Source: a virus. Taken from it: a stretch of DNA of 64,000 bases. Of the stretch, positions 39,216 through 48,590 are shown one piece after another. The notes under the pieces were generated by a model, which saw nothing but the letters and a program-made list of their open reading frames with translations, had not been told where the DNA came from and made no database searches. The position numbers were made by a program, and so were the translations under genes. Where the stretch lies: the IMG/VR virus record IMGVR_UViG_3300023176_007894, positions 46,946 through 110,945 of that record; one strand, 5' to 3'. Numbering within the stretch: position 1 is the stretch's first letter; every line of letters starts with the position of its first letter.

Positions 39216-40299
39216 AAATGAAAAACTTATCATCATCAGAGGCTGAATTTTCAGTAATAAATGCCGATAATTCAGATGGACTACAACTCAAAGCGGGAAG
39301 CAATTCAGGAATATTTATTAAACAAGGGGGGATTGGCATCGGCACGCAAAATCCCGTTTACCCATTGGATCTAGTAGGAATTTTTCGTGTATCGAGCGGC
39401 CAATCTTGGTTTAGGCAAGACAGCACCACATCAACTATTTATGCGCAACAATATGGCTCTGGACCCGTTGGTATATTTCTGGGTGGTGACGTAGGTATTG
39501 GAACTGCAAATCCCGATAGTAAATTACATGTAGTTGGCGACCTTCATGTTTCTGGTAAAATTTTCCAAAGCGGCAATATATTTGAGGGAGGGGGCGGAGC
39601 TGGAGCTAGTACGCCAACCTATAACACGCTTAACGTCACGGGCAGCACTCAAATTGGGCAAAGTTTAACTGTTTCTGGGGATACTTTTATTGATGGAGAT
39701 CTCACGGTAAAAGGAGATAGTTTTGTTATCGAAACAGAAACTTTAAGAATTGAAGACAAAAACATAGAACTTGGAACAACTTCTACGGGTACAGCCACTG
39801 ATGTAACCGCAGATGGGGGTGGAATTGCTTTGCACGGAGACACTTTAAAAACCATTGCTTTCGACAATTCTACAAAATCTTGGATTTCTAGTGAAAATTT
39901 TGGCACAGCGAACGGAAAACATCTATTCACAGACAGCCTTTTTGCTAGAGATTCAGACGGACTTCGATTAACTGATGATGCAGGTAGCTTGGGCATTTTT
40001 ATTGCAGATGGTGGACATGTTGGTATTGGTAACAGTAATCCAAACGCCCCATTAGACATTGAAAGTACTAGCGATAACATGATTCAACTGAATCAAGGAG
40101 CTGGTGCACCGTGGAATTATCTATCATTTTCCCAAGAAAATATCTTAAAGGGTATTGTTGGAAGCATAGGTTCTGATGATGAAACCCTAAGTGGCGCTTT
40201 ATCTCTTACTGCATATAACGGAGAAAACTTAACGTTTCGAACTTCTGCAGGGGTAAGCGCTGAAGCTGCTCGAATGACAATACTAAATTCTAATGGCAA
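37787..40299 (+). repeat. About 255-bp near-identical cassette shared by two fibre genes (37787-38041 and 40045-40299)
   Basis: APLDIESTSDNMIQLNQGAGAPWNY...TILNSNG in both proteins, with about 8 nt differences. Confidence 0.88.
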
Positions 40300-41644
40300 C
40301 GTAGGTATTGGAACTGCAAATCCCGATAGTAAATTACATGTAGTTGGCGACCTTCATGTTTCTGGTAAAATTTTTCAAAGCGGAAATATATTTGAAGGAG
40401 GAGGCGCGGGTGGCTCTGGATTATGGAGCTTGGCAAATTCTCAGAATATATATTATACAGGTGGAAATGTTGGTATTGGCACAACGGATCCGTATGGTAA
40501 TCAATGTAAATTGGATGTATATTCTTCATTGGGCGACTCTTGCGTTCACGTACGAAATGCTGCGCAGGAATTAAGGATAGATCAGAATAGCATAAGGTCT
40601 TACACTAATAACGATTTGAGTTTTTTCTCCTCTGGAAATCAGGGACAATTATATTTAAAGAAAGACGGTAAGGTTGGTGTTGGTACTACGACTCCTAATG
40701 CGAACCTTGATGTAGTTGGCAATAATAATGTAGCAGGTTCCGAAGGCTACATTAAAATCAGTAATAATACACATGGTGACGCTGGTTATATAGGTTACGC
40801 CCCTGCGTTAGTAAATGGTTCAAATAGCCAGCAACTTGCAATAAGGTCGGCTGCGAGCGGAATAGTATTTTCTGTTGGGAGTAACGAAAAAATGCGCGTT
40901 GATTCTAATGGCAACGTAGGTATTGGTACTACAAATCCAGATGGCCAGCTACATGTGCAATTTACTACAGGTGCATATGCTATCTTGGATTATGCTAGCA
41001 AAGGGTATGGCGGCACTACCAGTAACGAGGTTGCGTTTACCTATGGTAATAAACTACATCTTGGTGCGGTAAATAGCTCAAGCAACCCTCAAGTTACCAT
41101 GTCACTTTTAAAAGATGGCAAGGTTGGTATTGGTACGGTGAGTCCGGCTCAACAACTAGATGTATATGGAAATATTGCGGTTAATGGAAGCACTGTTCAT
41201 ACTTCGGACGATAGAATCAAGCATAACGAACAGTTGATCACCGGAGCGCTATCTGTACTTGATAAAGTGACTCCGAAAAAATACATTAAAACGCTTGATA
41301 TGTATGAGGCTGACCACAATTTCGACTTAGATGAAAATGGTTTGCCAATTGATGTTAGTGGAAACCTGGTGGAACACAATATAGAGGCCGGAGTTTTAGC
41401 TCAAGAAATTTTAACAATACCAGAACTCGCATTCGCGGTAACTCCCGAGAGAATCGGAGAAAGCGGTGTTGTTGCAGGGCCACACGGATTGGATTACAAT
41501 AGTTTATTTGTGTATTCCATTGCGGCAATCAAGGAGCAGCAAAATTTAATAGATGAATTAAGGTTAAAAAATAATAATCTTGAATCAATAGTTTCTGGAT
41601 TAAATAATGATCTTCAATCTATAATTTCTGGATCTTCAAATTAA
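39218..41644 (+). CDS. Second tail fibre/spike with peptidase S74 chaperone
   Basis: GxVGIGT repeats, IEDKNIEL, TSDDRIKHNE, GVLAQE and LDYNSL. Confidence 0.85.
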   Translation: MKNLSSSEAEFSVINADNSDGLQLKAGSNSGIFIKQGGIGIGTQNPVYPLDLVGIFRVSSGQSWFRQDSTTSTIYAQQYGSGPVGIFLGGDVGIGTANPDSKLHVVGDLHVSGKIFQSGNIFEGGGGAGASTPTYNTLNVTGSTQIGQSLTVSGDTFIDGDLTVKGDSFVIETETLRIEDKNIELGTTSTGTATDVTADGGGIALHGDTLKTIAFDNSTKSWISSENFGTANGKHLFTDSLFARDSDGLRLTDDAGSLGIFIADGGHVGIGNSNPNAPLDIESTSDNMIQLNQGAGAPWNYLSFSQENILKGIVGSIGSDDETLSGALSLTAYNGENLTFRTSAGVSAEAARMTILNSNGNVGIGTANPDSKLHVVGDLHVSGKIFQSGNIFEGGGAGGSGLWSLANSQNIYYTGGNVGIGTTDPYGNQCKLDVYSSLGDSCVHVRNAAQELRIDQNSIRSYTNNDLSFFSSGNQGQLYLKKDGKVGVGTTTPNANLDVVGNNNVAGSEGYIKISNNTHGDAGYIGYAPALVNGSNSQQLAIRSAASGIVFSVGSNEKMRVDSNGNVGIGTTNPDGQLHVQFTTGAYAILDYASKGYGGTTSNEVAFTYGNKLHLGAVNSSSNPQVTMSLLKDGKVGIGTVSPAQQLDVYGNIAVNGSTVHTSDDRIKHNEQLITGALSVLDKVTPKKYIKTLDMYEADHNFDLDENGLPIDVSGNLVEHNIEAGVLAQEILTIPELAFAVTPERIGESGVVAGPHGLDYNSLFVYSIAAIKEQQNLIDELRLKNNNLESIVSGLNNDLQSIISGSSN

Positions 41645-42324
41645 TCATTAAGTTTTTTTTGATTTTTTGTTATCAATTCAAATATTTGTGCTCTCATGTT
41701 TTTATCTGAGTAATACCATCTGTACATTGCGTCATTTTTGATTTGATTGATTTGATTATTCATTTTTGATATTTCTTTTTTTAATTGAGAGATAAATTCT
41801 GGGGTAATTGTTTTTATTTTTACATTTAGCTCTAGTGCTACTTGTAATATTTTCCTGAAGTTTCCATTTTGCTTTCCTTGAACTGCTTCGTTATAGAGGT
41901 CAAGCTTTTCCTCGGCGTCGTCTTTGGATAGATTTTTATTTAGATCTGGGTGTGTTTGACGAACAATTTCTCTGAATAAATTATTCATTTCATCATTTGA
42001 CAGCTCAGTGGATTTATCTTTTTTATCTGGAACTGACTGAAATGGATGTTCGATATTTTTTTCACTACAATAAGCGAGCATCTCTGCGATAAACTGTCTT
42101 CTTATGGAATCAAATTCGGTTACTAATTCTTCATGCTCAATATTTAAATAGATTGCTTGATGTCTAAGCTTTTTGAATTGCTTACTCAATTCTTTTTCTG
42201 CAATGGATTTTTGATATTTTACTGGCAAATTTTCTTTTGAAAATTTTTTGTTTTCTGGACGATGCTTTCCGAGTTCATCCTTTTCTTTGGAAAATAATTT
42301 TTTAAACAAATCTTTTGGGTTCAT
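41641..42324 (-). CDS. J-domain (DnaJ-like) co-chaperone
   Basis: LFREIVRQTHPDL..LYNEAVQ contains the HPD motif. Confidence 0.72.
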   Translation of the reverse strand: MNPKDLFKKLFSKEKDELGKHRPENKKFSKENLPVKYQKSIAEKELSKQFKKLRHQAIYLNIEHEELVTEFDSIRRQFIAEMLAYCSEKNIEHPFQSVPDKKDKSTELSNDEMNNLFREIVRQTHPDLNKNLSKDDAEEKLDLYNEAVQGKQNGNFRKILQVALELNVKIKTITPEFISQLKKEISKMNNQINQIKNDAMYRWYYSDKNMRAQIFELITKNQKKLND

Positions 42325-42333
42325 ATTTTATTT

Positions 42334-42338
42334 TACAC
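42334..42338 (-). promoter_or_regulatory. GTGTA putative late promoter (J-domain)
   Basis: 9 nt before ATG 42324, just after a terminator. Confidence 0.6.
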
Positions 42339-42340
42339 GC

Positions 42341-42368
42341 AAAAAAAAGGCGATCCCGAAGGATCGCC
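42341..42368 (-). terminator. Intrinsic terminator
   Basis: GGCGATCC-TTCG-GGATCGCC-TTTTTTTT, followed by GTGTA. Confidence 0.9.
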
Positions 42369-42398
42369 AGAAGATAAATAATATCTTTCTCGTTAGAA

Positions 42399-43361
42399 TC
42401 AGTCTGCAACCGATGCGAAGATTTCAACTGTGTAGTTAGCTGAAGGCAATGCATCTGCGAATGATACTGTGCATGCGCTTGTCGAAACAGCTGTAACCAT
42501 GCATGCGATAATTGGGTCGCTTGCACTTGTGCTTTTAAGAACTGCGATGACAGCTGGTGTACTGTCGAAGGTACGGCCGAATGAAATCGAACCGGAATCT
42601 TGTGCGGAGGAGCTTTGAGAGACAGATTTAGCAACAACGTCATTTCCTTGGTCTTGAGCGTGAAGACTCGAGATGTCTACGCTAAGATCGGATTCGTTTG
42701 TTACGTCTTGAGCGTGAAGGCTCGAGATGTCTACGCTAAGATCGGATTCGTTTGTTACGTCTTGAGCGTGAAGGCTCGAGACATCAACGCTAAGATCAGA
42801 CTCATTAGCTACGTCAACAGCTTGAAGGCTGGAGATGTCGCTGTCAAGACTTGCGTCTTTTGTTGAGCGATTGAACTCTTCAGTTGTAAGTCCAGCTTGA
42901 AGGCTGGAGATATCGACGCTAAGATCGGATTCGTTAGCTACGTCAACAGCTTGAAGGCTGGAGATGTCACTGTCAAGACTTGTGTCTTTTGTTGAACGAG
43001 CGTTTGCTTCGTCTGTGATTCCAGCTTGAAGACTGGAAACGTCAACGCTAAGATCAGACTCATTCTTTACATCAACAGCTTGAAGGCTGGAGATGTCTGT
43101 ATCAAGACTTGTGTCTTTTGTCGAACGAGCGCTCTCTTCAGCTGTGATTCCAGCTTGAAGGCTGGAAACGTCAACGCTAAGATCAGACTCGTTTTTTACG
43201 TCAACAGCTTGAAGGCTGGAGATGTCTGAGTCAATCGAGGCACGAGACATGTGTGTTGTACTACCATCTGCACTTTTGATTTCAAAAGCACCAGGAGTAC
43301 TCGATTCAAGGCGGAGATTACCGCCAAGATTTAATGTTTCGGTACGGAAGATTTTTGCCAT
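42399..43361 (-). CDS. Coiled-coil fibre protein with tandem repeats and H-lectin-like tip
   Basis: DISSLQA/DVSSL 18- and 25-aa units; C-terminal ISFGRTFDSTPAV..VSTSACTVSF. Confidence 0.7.
   Translation of the reverse strand: MAKIFRTETLNLGGNLRLESSTPGAFEIKSADGSTTHMSRASIDSDISSLQAVDVKNESDLSVDVSSLQAGITAEESARSTKDTSLDTDISSLQAVDVKNESDLSVDVSSLQAGITDEANARSTKDTSLDSDISSLQAVDVANESDLSVDISSLQAGLTTEEFNRSTKDASLDSDISSLQAVDVANESDLSVDVSSLHAQDVTNESDLSVDISSLHAQDVTNESDLSVDISSLHAQDQGNDVVAKSVSQSSSAQDSGSISFGRTFDSTPAVIAVLKSTSASDPIIACMVTAVSTSACTVSFADALPSANYTVEIFASVAD
42650..43230 (-). repeat. 129-bp (43-aa) and 54-bp (18-aa) tandem repeats
   Basis: GCTTGAAGGCTGGAGATGTC recurs at 42820, 42949, 43078 and 43207. Confidence 0.9.
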
Positions 43362-43398
43362 ACAATAATTATATACCGGTCAAAAATAAAAATGGGAA

Positions 43399-46398
43399 CT
43401 ACGAATTGTTCCAGTAGCTCATGAATATTTTCTTTAATTGATGCGGGTACGCCATGAAATGTAATATAAATGTCTCGCTGTTAACTAATCTTGGATCTGT
43501 ATTGAATTCGTTCATTTCAAAAATTTTTCTATTGAATCCTGCTTCATCTGATTTTTTTAAAATTCCACAAAGAACTTCTTGATCTCCTCCGCTTGAATAG
43601 AGCGAGGATTTGTCTCCATTAAAGTCGCGCCATCTTTTGATTAAGTTTTTTGTATAGGTATGAGATTTAAAAAATAACACGCCGCTATTTAACATGGAGT
43701 TGCCGCCAATGTCTTTCGTGGCTAAAATAAACTTTTTTGGTGATTTGCTTATTATTTCCTCGAGTTTTTTATTTGGGTTAAAGATTAATGTGTCAGAATC
43801 CATCCATATTATGTATTCGTGGTCATCAATATGATTTAGTAGCGCTTGAGCCTTGGACCAGTTTGGGTTAGATTTTTTTTCAAGTTTTTCGCGGTAAATA
43901 TAAAATGTATAACCTTGTTTTTCGCAATATTCTTTTATGGAGTTTTCTGAGTGCGTTGCATAATCTGCTATTTCTTTCGTGTACAAACTAACTATTGCAA
44001 TTTTTTGATTAGCATTATATGTGTCAAATTTATTCTCGGGCGGTTTTAATTCAGGTATTTCGTGAGCAATATAATTGAAGAAATTATAATCTTTGAAATT
44101 TTGCCATTGATTTTTTAAGCTAATAAATTCTTTAGCTTTTTCACTAAGTGAGAAGTTTGTGTTTTTAGTTTCCAAATTAATTGATTCGTGTTTTTTTCTG
44201 GTATCATCATTCCAATGGGTGACGTTGTAGTGGTTATAAAAATCTGCTTTATCTTTTTCAAATTGTTCCATCGAGAAATCAGAATTTTTGTTTCTGAATA
44301 AAATGTGATTACCTGGGCCTGACTCGCGGTATGTTTTCATATGCTGGCAATTGTCAATCTTACGACGAATGTTTTGAAAATACTCTTCGTTTTTTCCTCG
44401 TTCGACAGTTTTACCGCTTAACATTTGACTAACTGAATGCATGTAAGAATATACTGCTAGGAAGAATAAATTTTTACCTTCTCTACGATATTTTAAGTTA
44501 TTTGCAATCGCTCGGCCGATTAAAGGGTTTTTTGGGCAAGTTAAAATAAAATCTTGAGAGAAATCAATATCTTGAAATGTAGGTAAAACTATTTTGCTTT
44601 TGGGGTTTATTATTTCAGATAAGGGCGTATCGATATATCTATCAATATCGATGTAAAGTCCTCCTTCTTGATAGGTTTTTAAAAGCCTCCAGAGGTCTGT
44701 TTTTTCGGTAATTTTTTTATTTTTAATTAGATTCCAGTCTTCTAGGCTAATTGAGTCACGCAACATTTTATCGATATCTTCGTCGTTGTAAATTTCCATC
44801 TCCCAGCCTGGATTTAGTTTTAATAAATTAGCGATTCCTTTTTGAATTAATGGTTGGTTGGAAGTGATTACATTTTCGTCTTTCCACGATATGTGGATTT
44901 TGTTTGTAATTTTTTTACTTTTAAGTTCTTGCAAAAACGGGAATTCTATCTCTTCCTTTACCCACCAATCTAAGCTATAATCATTCCTATTGACGCAGTT
45001 CGGGAAATCTAGGCCTTTTATTGGATATGCGCAATCTAGCTCGCTCGAGCAGACGCCCTTTCTAATGAAAGAAATTTCCATAACGCTTGGGACTTCAAAT
45101 TTTCTTTCCACCCAATTATTTGCATGCATGTGAAAGATGTCATAATATTCTAAAATTAATTCTAATACATGGTTCTTGTTTTCGTAGTTGTAATAATTAG
45201 GATTATTTAATCCATGAAACTCAATGCACATCATGGAGAAACAGTCATTTATTAATTTTATATTTTTTTCAATTACTGGATATTCGTGGCCCTCGATATC
45301 CATTTTTAAAATCATGTTCTTTTTATTGATGTTATTGTTTATCGACAAATGTGAGCGTAAATTATCTGCAGTCAAGTTTTCTTTTTTGAATACAAGTCTT
45401 GGATTTTTTGATTGTTCTCGCTCAATTGTGCCGTCAAACATAAATACTGTCTTGTTATTATTAGCGCACTCTGCATCAAATGAGTCAGAATTTTCTGAAT
45501 CATCTATTCCATAAGAATATACTGTATCGCAATCGTTAAATATTTCTTGAAGTAATACATAGCCTCCATCTCCCTCTGCGCCAATTCTTTTTTTGATTAG
45601 ATTAGTTTTTAGAGGTATCAATAATTCGGTGAGACTTTTATTGTTTGATAATTTTTTATTTTTGTTCAACTCAAACTTTTCTTGTGCATATCTCAAATCT
45701 GAATTCTTATCTATTTCCGTATTGTCATTTTCTTCGTGCAGTTGATATGCCATTAAGGGGTTTAAGTGGTAAATAGAGTCTGGGGAGGAAAATATTTTAT
45801 TTTTATTAAAAAAGTTTTGCATGAAGTTGTCTAGGGCTTGGTCTATCCCTTGTTGTTCTGCCCATTGGCATAAGAGGGAGGCGGCTTGTTTACTTAATAT
45901 ATATGAGCTTGCATTCATGTGCCAAAAATGATCGTCCTTAGAGAAGAAGCTGTTTCTTTTAATATTAAAAAAATAATCGTTATGCTTTTGTAGAACTTTG
46001 TGATAGTGAGGCTTATTCCATGGCTGGCAACCACCTAGGTATATTAGGTTGTAATCGCTGGGTATGTGCCTGCTGAAAACTTGATTCCAGAAGTTGGTAA
46101 ATCCATTTTTAAAAACCGCGTCGTCTTCTAGTATTAAGTAATTATCAGCACCTTTATCTAATGTCAAGCGTTTCCATAATCTGTAATGGCTAAGGGCGCA
46201 CGCTATTTCTGCTTTTGTGAATTTTTCTAGATTTTTACCAAATATTTTTTCTATTTCTTCGTTCAACTCTAGGTTTTTTGCGTCAATAGCAGGAAACCTT
46301 TCTGCTGAAAATGGTAGATTTTTGTTTATATGTTCTAATCTATCTTTTCGACGATCGAGGTTTATAAAAAAAGCTTTACTTATTTTATTTAATGTCAT
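43399..46398 (-). CDS. Four-domain glycan enzyme: GT25 + FkbM-like methyltransferase + GT32(DXD) + GT34-like
   Basis: INLDRRKDR/ACALSH/ILEDD; GDGGY/SYGI/KMDIEG; DLWRL..GGLYIDID; WSKAQAL..WMDSD..NSGV..GDQ. Confidence 0.8.
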   Translation of the reverse strand: MTLNKISKAFFINLDRRKDRLEHINKNLPFSAERFPAIDAKNLELNEEIEKIFGKNLEKFTKAEIACALSHYRLWKRLTLDKGADNYLILEDDAVFKNGFTNFWNQVFSRHIPSDYNLIYLGGCQPWNKPHYHKVLQKHNDYFFNIKRNSFFSKDDHFWHMNASSYILSKQAASLLCQWAEQQGIDQALDNFMQNFFNKNKIFSSPDSIYHLNPLMAYQLHEENDNTEIDKNSDLRYAQEKFELNKNKKLSNNKSLTELLIPLKTNLIKKRIGAEGDGGYVLLQEIFNDCDTVYSYGIDDSENSDSFDAECANNNKTVFMFDGTIEREQSKNPRLVFKKENLTADNLRSHLSINNNINKKNMILKMDIEGHEYPVIEKNIKLINDCFSMMCIEFHGLNNPNYYNYENKNHVLELILEYYDIFHMHANNWVERKFEVPSVMEISFIRKGVCSSELDCAYPIKGLDFPNCVNRNDYSLDWWVKEEIEFPFLQELKSKKITNKIHISWKDENVITSNQPLIQKGIANLLKLNPGWEMEIYNDEDIDKMLRDSISLEDWNLIKNKKITEKTDLWRLLKTYQEGGLYIDIDRYIDTPLSEIINPKSKIVLPTFQDIDFSQDFILTCPKNPLIGRAIANNLKYRREGKNLFFLAVYSYMHSVSQMLSGKTVERGKNEEYFQNIRRKIDNCQHMKTYRESGPGNHILFRNKNSDFSMEQFEKDKADFYNHYNVTHWNDDTRKKHESINLETKNTNFSLSEKAKEFISLKNQWQNFKDYNFFNYIAHEIPELKPPENKFDTYNANQKIAIVSLYTKEIADYATHSENSIKEYCEKQGYTFYIYREKLEKKSNPNWSKAQALLNHIDDHEYIIWMDSDTLIFNPNKKLEEIISKSPKKFILATKDIGGNSMLNSGVLFFKSHTYTKNLIKRWRDFNGDKSSLYSSGGDQEVLCGILKKSDEAGFNRKIFEMNEFNTDPRLVNSETFILHFMAYPHQLKKIFMSYWNNS

Positions 46399-47497
46399 CT
46401 ATTAACTTGGAATATATGTTTATATTTTTATCCTCGAATGGGCTGAATTGCTTTAGGCAGGAGCGAGCTTGCTCGGTGTATTCATTTAGGGTTTTTTCGT
46501 GATTGAGTATAGCATTATAAAGTTGATTTGCTCCCATTTTAATATCGTGCTGCTTGTAGTAATAACCTACATCACATAAGCTTGGACAATTGTGAATTAG
46601 TGGAAGGCCCATGTAGAGTTGCTCGAAATTAGCGTAATTAAATTCACAATCATTCTGATGACTAACTATAGTACTACCAAATTTACTTAATGCGTCCAGG
46701 GATCCCCATCTGTTATTAAAAAAGCAGAAATCTTTTTTGTTTAAAATGTTTAATCTTTTTGCAAAATTTTCAAAATACTTTCTAGATCTTATTCTTTCAG
46801 CGCAAAAGATGTTGATCGCGCTTAATGTATTTTGCCTTTCTGTTTCTAGTCTCTCGCAAATCATTAATGGAACAAGGCATGTTTTTACGGGGTTTATGTT
46901 TGGTTCAAAAACACAAACTTTATTTGCGTAGTCAGCCTTAAAGAAAGGGTTTAGGTTTTTTCTCTTCAAATCTTTTATTTTATCCTGAACGAAAGACGGT
47001 TCCCAAATCATGGGGGTAATAACGACATTATCTATTCCGTAGTAGGTCTTTATATATTCGATTCCTGAAGCGTGATGAGGTAGAATCCATAATTGGTCAA
47101 CATATTCGCTAACATTTTTGGGATTTAACTGTATTTCATAATTCTTATATCTTTCGTCAAATAATAGATTATGTGTGTCTATATATAATTTATGACCAAA
47201 ATGAGATATGATAATTTTTAGATTTGGGTTTCGTTCTTTAAGTTCTTTATATGTTTTAAGTGGAATATCATAGCCTGCGATAATTAATATATCAAGATTT
47301 TCGCTTTTATCTGAAATGAGATCTTGCAACAACATTCCCTGGTGATTGAAGTGCATTCTATTTTTTGGAATGTCTTTAGTAATGTAATAACATTCATGAC
47401 CTATTCTTTTAAATAAATCATAAAGAAAAACTATATTTTGTTGCATTCCGTTTGCCCAAAAAGCAATGGACATATCAAGTGTGATTCCTATTTTCAT
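46385..47497 (-). CDS. DUF2827-like protein (probable GT-B glycosyltransferase)
   Basis: FWANGMQQNIVFL, VFEPNINPVK, SHQ, PLIHN and GYYY. Confidence 0.7.
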   Translation of the reverse strand: MKIGITLDMSIAFWANGMQQNIVFLYDLFKRIGHECYYITKDIPKNRMHFNHQGMLLQDLISDKSENLDILIIAGYDIPLKTYKELKERNPNLKIIISHFGHKLYIDTHNLLFDERYKNYEIQLNPKNVSEYVDQLWILPHHASGIEYIKTYYGIDNVVITPMIWEPSFVQDKIKDLKRKNLNPFFKADYANKVCVFEPNINPVKTCLVPLMICERLETERQNTLSAINIFCAERIRSRKYFENFAKRLNILNKKDFCFFNNRWGSLDALSKFGSTIVSHQNDCEFNYANFEQLYMGLPLIHNCPSLCDVGYYYKQHDIKMGANQLYNAILNHEKTLNEYTEQARSCLKQFSPFEDKNINIYSKLIDDIK

Positions 47498-48570
47498 GAC
47501 AATAATTTTTTATATTTTTCTATAACAAGTGGGTTTTTGGGTGAGTATCGATCTAAAATGATCTGCGATTGTTTTTTGTATTCTTCTAAATTTTGATCGT
47601 GGTAAGTTAGCGCAAGCCTGAGGGCGTCTGCACCTTTTTTGGTGTCATATTCAGGGTAATAATATCCAGCGCCCTTAATGTACTCAGAGTTATGAACTAG
47701 CGGAATATTGAAGTATAGGGCCTCTAAGTATGTATAATTTAATCCGTTAAGCAGTTGATTTGAGAGAGAGACGCTTACGTCTTCGGAGAATACTTTGCTG
47801 ATCGTTGTTCGAGATAAGTAGTTAATTAATCCTGCTTTTTGGATTTCTAATTGCCACATTAAGGCTTTAAAATAATTCTTATCTCTTAGTTTTTGAGAAC
47901 AATAAACATTGCATTTATTAAATAAATCTTTACTTTGGGAATATAGCTCCTCAATTATCATTATTGATGGCAGGCAGTGTTTAGTTACATTTAAATTTGG
48001 TTCAAATATTCCTATGTTTTTTTCTTTATCTTTTGAGTAAAAGCATGTTTTTCCTTCTTTATTCCAAATTTTTTCATGAATATCCATGTATTTAGGATCC
48101 CATATATATGGAATTTCAAAAACTTTTTCCGATTTGTAGTATGTTTTGAAATACGGTACTGAGAATTCATAATGAGGTGACAACCAGTTTTCGTCAACTC
48201 TATAATCAATCAAGGGGCGAGTATGATCCCAGTTAGACTGTTCTATATCTGCCAACAATCTATTACCGTAGTGAACATATATATTCTTGCATTTTGGGCA
48301 AATGTCTTTGATTGTATCTATACTTTTCTTCGATAAAACCCAACCGGTTTGTAGTACTGCGTATAGGTCTTGGCAGTACTCAGGTATTTCGTGTTGTTCG
48401 AGTATTAATGTGTCTGTCGGCGGGTCTATGCATTCTTCTACGTTATGGTTAACTACAATTAAGGGGGTAAATCCTATATCTTTTAGAAGCTCAGAAAGGA
48501 AAACTATATTCTGCTGTAAGCCGTTTGAGAATATACCTTTTTTGAAATTGGCGGTAAGCAATATATTCAT
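47494..48570 (-). CDS. DUF2827-like protein (paralogue)
   Basis: FSNGLQQNIVFL, IFEPNLNVTK, LNYTYLE, PLVHNS and GYYY. Confidence 0.7.
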   Translation of the reverse strand: MNILLTANFKKGIFSNGLQQNIVFLSELLKDIGFTPLIVVNHNVEECIDPPTDTLILEQHEIPEYCQDLYAVLQTGWVLSKKSIDTIKDICPKCKNIYVHYGNRLLADIEQSNWDHTRPLIDYRVDENWLSPHYEFSVPYFKTYYKSEKVFEIPYIWDPKYMDIHEKIWNKEGKTCFYSKDKEKNIGIFEPNLNVTKHCLPSIMIIEELYSQSKDLFNKCNVYCSQKLRDKNYFKALMWQLEIQKAGLINYLSRTTISKVFSEDVSVSLSNQLLNGLNYTYLEALYFNIPLVHNSEYIKGAGYYYPEYDTKKGADALRLALTYHDQNLEEYKKQSQIILDRYSPKNPLVIEKYKKLLS

Positions 48571-48580
48571 AATTATGATT

Positions 48581-48585
48581 TACAC
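48581..48585 (-). promoter_or_regulatory. GTGTA putative late promoter (DUF2827/GT operon)
   Basis: 10 nt before ATG 48570. Confidence 0.6.
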
Positions 48586-48590
48586 GATAA

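Noticed and set aside
36205-40299. Diversity-generating retroelement TR/VR pair in the fibre repeats
   Set aside because: The 317-bp copies look identical. Mismatches in the ~255-bp pair include C/G, T/C and C/T, so they are not adenine-specific. No reverse transcriptase is present in the window.
42650-43230. CRISPR array
   Set aside because: The repeats are in-frame coding repeats with no unique spacers. The Cas4-like nuclease at 24790 sits in a replication operon with no other cas genes.
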